NCBI GenBank assembly: GCA_963668675.2
Contig: CAXXMB010000002.1
Location: 3,008,001-3,072,000, forward strand
Length of the DNA stretch: 64,000 nucleotides
Reading direction: 5' to 3'
From: an uncultured Desulfatitalea sp.
Lineage (GTDB): Bacteria; Desulfobacterota; Desulfobacteria; Desulfobacterales; Desulfosarcinaceae
Every line of letters begins with the position of its first letter. The first letter of the stretch is position 1. Positions 57,142-64,000 of this stretch are shown here, piece after piece. The notes below the pieces were generated by a model, which was not told the origin of the DNA, searched no databases, and saw only the letters and a program-made list of their open reading frames with translations. Both the position numbers and the translations under genes were made by a program.

Positions 57142-59781
57142 ATGGCGATGATACCGTTACCCGACACGAAAGTCACCAATGCACCGGCCCTGGCGTTCCA
57201 GGAGCGGCGGACGAAACTGCTCGAAACGGTGAGCAGCTTCGGTGCGCGGGAGTTTCTCGATACGATGGCCGATGCGGTGGACGAGTACTTTCGGTCCAGT
57301 TTCGCCCAGAGTACCGTCGGGCCCCAGATGGGGATCATGCGCAATCCTTATGCATTGATCGCTTTGGGAGGATACGGTCGCGCGGAGCAGTGCGTCTTTT
57401 CCGACATCGATCTGCTTTTCCTCTTCGAGAACAAGGTGCCGCCCGAGGCTGAAGCGTTGGTGCGCGAGATCGTCTATCCGCTTTGGGATATGGGGCTTGA
57501 AGTGGGCCACGCCACGCGTTCGGTCAAGGAGTGCATTCAAATGGCCCGGCAGGACCTGGAGGTGATGACGTCGTTGCTGGACGGGCGTTTCATCTGTGGG
57601 ATGTCGCCCCTGTTCCATCGTCTCATGGAGCGCCTGCGGCACAAACTGATCAGTGTCAAGCCAGCCAAGCTGATCGGCGCCCTGGTGGAGTCCAACCAAA
57701 CGCGGCACGCCCGATTCGGAGACAGCGCCTATCTGCTCGAGCCCAACCTCAAGGAGGGGCAGGGGGGGTTGCGCGACTACCACACGATGCTGTGGATTGC
57801 CCGCATTCAGTCGGATGTGAAATCGGCTCGGGATCTGGAGTATTGCGGTTATCTCTCCAATGATGAATACGCGACCCTCGAGCGGTCTCTTTCGTTTGTC
57901 TGGTCGGTACGCAACCAACTCCACCTGCTCATGGGGCGCAAACTCGATCAGTTGCATCTGGAGCACCAGACCCGGCTGGCCGAGGTGATGAAGGTGGGGC
58001 AGACCAATGGCCACCTTCCGGTTGAGCAGCTTCTGGGCGACCTTCACGGCCACATGGAGTATGTCAAGCAGTGCTACCGTGTTTTTATCTACGAACTGGA
58101 CCAGCGAAAACGCCTCAAACGAAAAAACAAGGCGCTTAAGGTGACCCAGGTTCCGGGTCTTAAGTTCAATCGAGGCCTGCTCAATTTCCTTTCGCCCGAG
58201 GCGATTCTAAGAGATCCGCTGCTGTTGATCCAAATTTTTGTCGAGAGCGCGGCCCACAAAGCGCCACTAAGCGCCGAAGCTCGCCGTTTGATCAAGGAGT
58301 TCGGCGAGATGATCGGCCAGGCCAGTTTCCGCCGATCCCCCGAAGTCGTGGAGACGTTCGAGCGGTTGTTGGCTCGCCCTGCTTCCGGCTTCAATGTGTT
58401 GAACGACATGCTGGAGACCGGTTTCCTGGCCCGCTTCATACCCGAGTTTAGAGGCGTGACCAATCGGATCCAGTTCGACCAATACCATCTCTATCCGGTT
58501 GCCCGGCATCTGCTGCTCAGCGTCAAGCAGCTCAAAGGTATCATTGCCGCAAAGGGGGATGACAGCGGCGACCCACTGGCACCCAAAATTTACCAGGAGA
58601 TTCGACGCAAAAAGGCTCTGCTGTGGGCAACCCTGCTGCACGACATCGGCAAGGCGGAACCGTCCGGCGGCCACTCCGAACGGGGCGCCGAAATGGTGGC
58701 GCGCATTCTTATGGAGAAGGGGTTGTCGGAAAGTGATATCGATACGGCGGTCTTCTTGGTTCGGGAGCATCTCACTCTTTTTGAGACGGCCACCCGCCGG
58801 GACATCAACGATGAGGAGACCGCGCTGTACGTTGCCCGGCGCATCGTCAAGCCCGAACGCCTTAAAATGCTCTACCTGCTCAGCGTGGCCGATGCCATGG
58901 CCACGGGGCCCAAAGCGTGGAACGACTGGACGGCATCGCTGATGCGATCTCTTTTTCTGAAAACGTTCAATGTCATGGAGAAGGGCGAGCTGGTTTCCAA
59001 AAAGGCAATCCGCGTGATCGAAGAGAAGAGGGAACGCATTATCACTGCCTCCCGAACGACGGAGGAGGGAGAAGAGAATGTGCGCCTGATGGATTTCATG
59101 TCACCGCGCTACCTGCTGCACACCCCCTCCCAGGAGATCCCAGAGCACATCGAGCTCTTCCATCGTATGGGGCAGCAGCCTTTTGTGTGGCGCATCGACA
59201 AATCCGCCGACGGCAAGACCCGCACCATCACGCTGTGCGCCAAGGACCGACCGGGACTCCTGTCGCTCGTGGCCGGCGTATTGACCTTGAACAACGTCAA
59301 TATTCTGGACTTCAGGATCTTTACCTGGCGCAACAATGTGGCCCTGGATATTTTTGAGGTGCAGGCGCCGCCCGACCAGATCTTCGAAGAAGAGCGCTGG
59401 CAGCGCATCGAACGCAACATGATTGCGGCCCTGCAGGATGAGTTGGATTTGTCGTCCGAACTGGCCAGCCGGCAGGGCGGTTTTCAGACGCTTCAAGACA
59501 AGGAGATGACCAAGGATCGGCCCCAGAAGGTGGTCATCGACAATGAAACATCCAGCTTTTTTACCATTATTGAAGTGATCGCCTGGGATTTCCCCGGGCT
59601 GCTCTATCGCATCACCGATGCCATCTTTCGTTGCCGGCTAGATATCTGGGTTGCCAAAATCGCCAACCAAGTGGACCAGGTGGTGGATGTGTTCTACGTC
59701 CGCAGTTTTGACGGAGAGAAGGTGGACTCCCCCGAGGAGGAGTCTAAAATTCGTGAAACCATTGGAGAGATACTTCAGTAG
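57142..59781 (+). CDS. glnD: PII uridylyltransferase
   Basis: GGYGR...SDIDL, EPNLKEGQGGLRD, an HD domain (LLHDIGK) and two ACT domains. Confidence 0.97.
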   Translation: MAMIPLPDTKVTNAPALAFQERRTKLLETVSSFGAREFLDTMADAVDEYFRSSFAQSTVGPQMGIMRNPYALIALGGYGRAEQCVFSDIDLLFLFENKVPPEAEALVREIVYPLWDMGLEVGHATRSVKECIQMARQDLEVMTSLLDGRFICGMSPLFHRLMERLRHKLISVKPAKLIGALVESNQTRHARFGDSAYLLEPNLKEGQGGLRDYHTMLWIARIQSDVKSARDLEYCGYLSNDEYATLERSLSFVWSVRNQLHLLMGRKLDQLHLEHQTRLAEVMKVGQTNGHLPVEQLLGDLHGHMEYVKQCYRVFIYELDQRKRLKRKNKALKVTQVPGLKFNRGLLNFLSPEAILRDPLLLIQIFVESAAHKAPLSAEARRLIKEFGEMIGQASFRRSPEVVETFERLLARPASGFNVLNDMLETGFLARFIPEFRGVTNRIQFDQYHLYPVARHLLLSVKQLKGIIAAKGDDSGDPLAPKIYQEIRRKKALLWATLLHDIGKAEPSGGHSERGAEMVARILMEKGLSESDIDTAVFLVREHLTLFETATRRDINDEETALYVARRIVKPERLKMLYLLSVADAMATGPKAWNDWTASLMRSLFLKTFNVMEKGELVSKKAIRVIEEKRERIITASRTTEEGEENVRLMDFMSPRYLLHTPSQEIPEHIELFHRMGQQPFVWRIDKSADGKTRTITLCAKDRPGLLSLVAGVLTLNNVNILDFRIFTWRNNVALDIFEVQAPPDQIFEEERWQRIERNMIAALQDELDLSSELASRQGGFQTLQDKEMTKDRPQKVVIDNETSSFFTIIEVIAWDFPGLLYRITDAIFRCRLDIWVAKIANQVDQVVDVFYVRSFDGEKVDSPEEESKIRETIGEILQ

Positions 59782-59840
59782 GCATGAACGGTCACTGGGG
59801 TCTTTAAGAATCATTTGAGCATTGAAGGAGGAAAACGCTC

Positions 59841-61136
59841 ATGTTAAACAAGGTGCTAAGGTATGTTATCCCTCTGTCTCTTTTTACGGTCACACCTGCA
59901 TTTGCATCCGATGCGCTCAACGCCGGTGATACGGCCTGGATGATCGTCTCCACTGCGCTGGTGATGATGATGACTCCTGCCGGCCTGGCTCTTTTTTACG
60001 GTGGGTTGTCTCGCTATAAGAACCTGCTGAACACTTACGCCATGACCTTTGCCGCCTACTGTCTGGCCAGTGTGGTGTGGGTGGTCTATGGCTACAGTCT
60101 GGCATTCGGCCCGGACAAGGCCGGCTTGGTCGGCGGATTGGACTATTTTCTGTTGGCAGGCATTGGCGTCGACTCCCTGTCGGGTACGATCCCCCAGTAC
60201 GTTTTTGTCCTGTTCCAGATGACCTTTGCCGGTATCACCCTGGCCCTGGTCATCGGTTCGATTGTCGACCGTTTGCGCTTTGCCTCGTGGCTTGTTTTTT
60301 CATTGTTGTGGGTGACACTGGTCTACTGCCCGGTGGCCCACTGGGCATGGGGAGGCGGCTGGATGGCCGAGATGGGCGCCCTCGATTTCGCCGGTGGAAC
60401 CGTGGTCCATATCAATGCCGGTGTGGCCGGTTTGGTCCTGGCCCTGGTCCTGGGCAAGCGCATCGGCTACGGTAAAGAGGCCATGTTCCCCTCGAGCGTG
60501 ACCCTGACCGCTCTCGGCGCGGCCCTGCTCTGGTTCGGCTGGTTCGGATTCAATGCCGGTAGCCAGCTGGCGGCAGATGGACTGGCTGGGTCTGCTTTCT
60601 TGGTGACCAATACATCGGCGGCAGTGGGGGCCCTGACCTGGATGTTCATCGAGTGGGCCATGGAGAAAAAACCGACCCTGCTCGGCATGGCGTCGGGGGC
60701 TGTGGCCGGATTGGTGGCGATTACGCCAGCCGCCGGCTTTGTCGGCCTGGGTGCCTCGCTGATTATCGGTGCAGGGGCCGGCCTGCTTGGGTTTGTCTTC
60801 GTTGCCAAGCTCAAACATAAACTGGGGTACGACGACTCCCTGGATGCCTTCGGGGTGCACGGTATTTGCGGTATCTGGGGTGCACTGGCCACCGGCATTT
60901 TTGCCAATCCTGCGGTCAATGCTGCAGGTACGGGCCTGATTTACGGCAATCCCAAACAGCTGTGGATTCAGTTTGTCTCTATTATAGGAACGGCCGCCTA
61001 TTCGGCGGTGGCCACCTTGATCGTGATCGGCCTGACCCGTCTGGTCACGGGGAGTTTGAGGATCGACGCCGAAAGTGAAATTGTCGGACTGGATGGTGCA
61101 TTCCACGGTGAACGCGGTTTTGAGATTCAAAGCTGA
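59841..61136 (+). CDS. amtB: Ammonium transporter 2
   Basis: GLALFYGG, DFAGGTVVHINAG, WFGFNAGS and YDDSLDAFGVHG. Confidence 0.96.
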   Translation: MLNKVLRYVIPLSLFTVTPAFASDALNAGDTAWMIVSTALVMMMTPAGLALFYGGLSRYKNLLNTYAMTFAAYCLASVVWVVYGYSLAFGPDKAGLVGGLDYFLLAGIGVDSLSGTIPQYVFVLFQMTFAGITLALVIGSIVDRLRFASWLVFSLLWVTLVYCPVAHWAWGGGWMAEMGALDFAGGTVVHINAGVAGLVLALVLGKRIGYGKEAMFPSSVTLTALGAALLWFGWFGFNAGSQLAADGLAGSAFLVTNTSAAVGALTWMFIEWAMEKKPTLLGMASGAVAGLVAITPAAGFVGLGASLIIGAGAGLLGFVFVAKLKHKLGYDDSLDAFGVHGICGIWGALATGIFANPAVNAAGTGLIYGNPKQLWIQFVSIIGTAAYSAVATLIVIGLTRLVTGSLRIDAESEIVGLDGAFHGERGFEIQS

Positions 61137-61166
61137 TCTGCGGCGCCGAACAACGGATTACAATAG

Positions 61167-61514
<348 letters not shown>

Positions 61515-61619
61515 CGTCAGCCCAATACGTATATCCGACATCAAGACTGATTCGTCGGCCTGATACGATAACAGTCAATTGTTGAACAACTACTTGAATG
61601 TGATGTGAAAGGAGAAGCT

Positions 61620-63032
61620 ATGACACCCAAAGATGTGCTTAAGATGGTAAAGGAACAAGGCGTAAAAATGGTCGATTTGCGCTTTATGGATTTTCCCGGA
61701 CTGTGGCAGCACTTTTCTGTGCCGGTATCCGAAGTGGACGAGGGCAGTTTCGAGGACGGTTTCGGTTTCGACGGCTCCAGTATTCGCGGCTGGCAGCCGA
61801 TCAATGCCAGCGACATGCTCGTGATCCCCGATCCGGCCACCGCCAAAATGGATCCATTCTTCAAAGAGCCGACCCTGGTTATGATTTGCGACATCGCCGA
61901 TCCGATCACCCGGGAGCCCTATAGTCGCGATCCGCGGCATATCGCCGCCAAGGCAGAGGCCTATTTGAAGAGCAGCGGTATTGGCGACACCGCCTTCATC
62001 GGACCGGAAGCCGAGTTTTTTATCTTTGACGACATCCGTTTCGAATCCGGCCGAAACCGCGCCTTCTATGAGATCGATTCCGTTGAGGGCATCTGGAATA
62101 CCGGCCGCGACGAGTGTCCGAACCTGGGGTACAAACCCCGCCACAAAGAGGGCTACTTTCCGGTGCCGCCCATGGACAAGTTCCAGGACCTGCGTACCGA
62201 GATGACCCTTGTGCTGCAAGAGATGGGCATCGACATCGAAGCCCAGCACCACGAAGTGGCCACCGCCGGTCAGGCTGAAATCGACATGCGCTTCAAACCG
62301 CTGCTGCAGATGGCCGACCAGCTGATGTGGTTCAAGTATGTGCTCAAGAATGTGGCCTATCAAAACGGCCACACGGTCACCTTCATGCCCAAGCCGCTCT
62401 TCGAGGACAACGGTACCGGCATGCACACCCATATCAGCATCTGGAAGGACGGCAACCCGCTGTTCGCCGGCGACAAATATGCCGGAATGAGCGAGATGGG
62501 AATGTTCGCCATCGGTGGCATTCTCAAGCATGCCCGGGCCATTTGCGCCTTCAGCAACCCGACCACCAACTCCTACAAACGCCTGGTGCCCGGCTTTGAA
62601 GCCCCGGTGAACCTGGCTTACTCCAGCCGGAACCGTAGCGCGGCCGTTCGTATCCCCATGTACTCGTCATCACCCAAGGCCAAACGACTCGAGTTCCGCA
62701 CACCCGATCCTTCGTGCAACGGCTACCTGGCCTTCTCCGCCTTGTTGATGGCGGTTCTCGACGGTATCGAGAACAAGATCGATCCGGGCGATCCGCTCGA
62801 CAAGGATATCTACGGTCTGCCGCCAGAAGAGCTGGCTTTGATCCCGTCGGCGCCCGGCTCCCTGGAAGAGGCCTTGCAGGCCCTGAGGGATGACAAAGCG
62901 TTCCTGACCAAGGGAGACGTGTTCACCGAGGATGCCTTGGATATGTGGATCGCGTACAAAACCGAGAAAGAGGTCAATCCGGTGAAACTGCGTCCCCATC
63001 CACATGAGTTCTCGCTCTACTACGATATATAG
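61620..63032 (+). CDS. glnA: Type I glutamine synthetase
   Basis: [37 protein letters not shown] and the adenylylation loop DKDIY. AAGGAG SD. Confidence 0.99.
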   Translation: MTPKDVLKMVKEQGVKMVDLRFMDFPGLWQHFSVPVSEVDEGSFEDGFGFDGSSIRGWQPINASDMLVIPDPATAKMDPFFKEPTLVMICDIADPITREPYSRDPRHIAAKAEAYLKSSGIGDTAFIGPEAEFFIFDDIRFESGRNRAFYEIDSVEGIWNTGRDECPNLGYKPRHKEGYFPVPPMDKFQDLRTEMTLVLQEMGIDIEAQHHEVATAGQAEIDMRFKPLLQMADQLMWFKYVLKNVAYQNGHTVTFMPKPLFEDNGTGMHTHISIWKDGNPLFAGDKYAGMSEMGMFAIGGILKHARAICAFSNPTTNSYKRLVPGFEAPVNLAYSSRNRSAAVRIPMYSSSPKAKRLEFRTPDPSCNGYLAFSALLMAVLDGIENKIDPGDPLDKDIYGLPPEELALIPSAPGSLEEALQALRDDKAFLTKGDVFTEDALDMWIAYKTEKEVNPVKLRPHPHEFSLYYDI

Positions 63033-63073
63033 CGCGTCTGTCGATACAGTCGACTAGCGTTAGCGAAGTCAAT

Positions 63074-63110
63074 GGCCGGGTCCTGCGAAAAGAGGGGCCC
63101 GGCCTTTTTT
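63074..63110 (+). terminator. Rho-independent terminator after glnA
   Basis: GGCCGGGTCC...GGGCCCGGCC followed by TTTTTT. Confidence 0.85.
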
Positions 63111-63325
63111 CTCATGCCAGATGTTGTTAGGACGGCCATGTTGCGGCCAACGGCGTTATTCCCATGTTGCGTTTGATCCTGAAAAATGCAAATTTGTAGC
63201 TTGATTTTTTGGGACTTTTTACGAATTCGTCGAAGTTGAATCATGAAAATTGTCAAAAGCATGTTGCATTAAAAATCACCGGGTTTTTAGCCCTGTCCAA
63301 TTTTGAAGCCACCAAGAGGTGATCC

Positions 63326-64000
63326 ATGTGCGGAATTGCCGGCATTATCAATCTGAGGGATCAAGAAGCGCAGGAAGCCATCCTCAACCGCATGTTGCGC
63401 ACCATGCAGCACCGGGGGCCGGACGCCACCGGTCTCTACCTGAGCGACGATATCGGTTTGGGGCATGCACGCTTGAGTATCATCGATTTGAGTGGTGGAT
63501 ACCAGCCGATCCACAATGAAGATCGAACCGTTTGGGTGATCTTCAACGGCGAAATCTTCAACTATCCTGAATTGCGGGAAGATCTTCTCAAGCGGGGACA
63601 CCGCTTCTACACCCAGAGCGATACGGAGACCATCGTCCATCTATACGAAGCGTATGGCGAGGGGCTCTTCGACCATCTTAACGGCCAGTTCGCCATCGCC
63701 CTTTGGGACCAGCGCAAGAGGGTGTTGCTGCTGGGACGGGACCGGATGGGGATTCGGCCGCTTTTTTATCATCAGCACAACGGGCGTCTGCTCTTCGCCT
63801 CTGAAATCAAAGCGCTTCTGGCCGACGACAGGACACCCCGCCGTCTCAACCCCCAGACCCTATCGGACGTGTTTACCTGCTGGACACCGGTTGACCCCTT
63901 CACCGCTTTTGAAGAGATCTACCAGCTTCCTCCCGGACACTACGCGCGGTTTGACGTCAACGGACTCGATATTCGGCGCTACTGGCAACTCACCTTCGAC
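63326..64000 (+). CDS. asnB: Asparagine synthase (glutamine-hydrolysing) family, 5' part
   Basis: Manual translation: MCGIAGII...HRGPD...LGHARLSIIDL..GYQPIHNED...FNGEIFNY...SDTE. Open to the window end. Confidence 0.92.
   Translation, partial: MCGIAGIINLRDQEAQEAILNRMLRTMQHRGPDATGLYLSDDIGLGHARLSIIDLSGGYQPIHNEDRTVWVIFNGEIFNYPELREDLLKRGHRFYTQSDTETIVHLYEAYGEGLFDHLNGQFAIALWDQRKRVLLLGRDRMGIRPLFYHQHNGRLLFASEIKALLADDRTPRRLNPQTLSDVFTCWTPVDPFTAFEEIYQLPPGHYARFDVNGLDIRRYWQLTFD

Noticed and set aside
61515..61619. Glutamine riboswitch before glnA
   Set aside because: I could not recognise the conserved motif by eye. An Rfam/Infernal scan would settle it.

Overview
This is a GC-rich bacterial chromosomal window, inferred from gene content to be an anaerobic deltaproteobacterium (Desulfobacterales-like). 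I found no rRNA, tRNA, CRISPR array, prophage or transposase. The left half holds proB (partial) and proA, an acyl-CoA dehydrogenase-rubredoxin fusion, several Fe-S proteins, a RACo/ASKHA corrinoid activator, an MFS transporter and a receiver/dikinase-like protein. It also holds a CdaA-CdaR diadenylate cyclase fusion, an inositol-phosphate synthase plus CDP-alcohol transferase pair, a giant CoA-enzyme activase and a Zn alcohol dehydrogenase. The middle carries a LOG-family protein with dCTP-deaminase-like N-terminal motifs, then an AmmeMemoRadiSam cluster whose components appear to carry export signals and flank a membrane spermidine-synthase-like gene. The right 25 kb is a glutamine/nitrogen supercluster: purF, carBA, split glutamate synthase, glnE, PII-amt, glnD, amt-PII, glnA and asnB (partial). 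Best leads are (1) the apparently exported AmmeMemoRadiSam system, (2) a paired NACA-N4-TGTN motif at an identical 81-bp offset from two sigma-54 promoters and also upstream of the glutamate synthase operon, (3) the Dcd-like/LOG fusion, (4) two small ORFs behind identically spaced sigma-28-like promoters, one missed by the ORF track, and (5) a 128-bp MITE with a target-site duplication. All family assignments come from motif recognition by eye; no searches were run.
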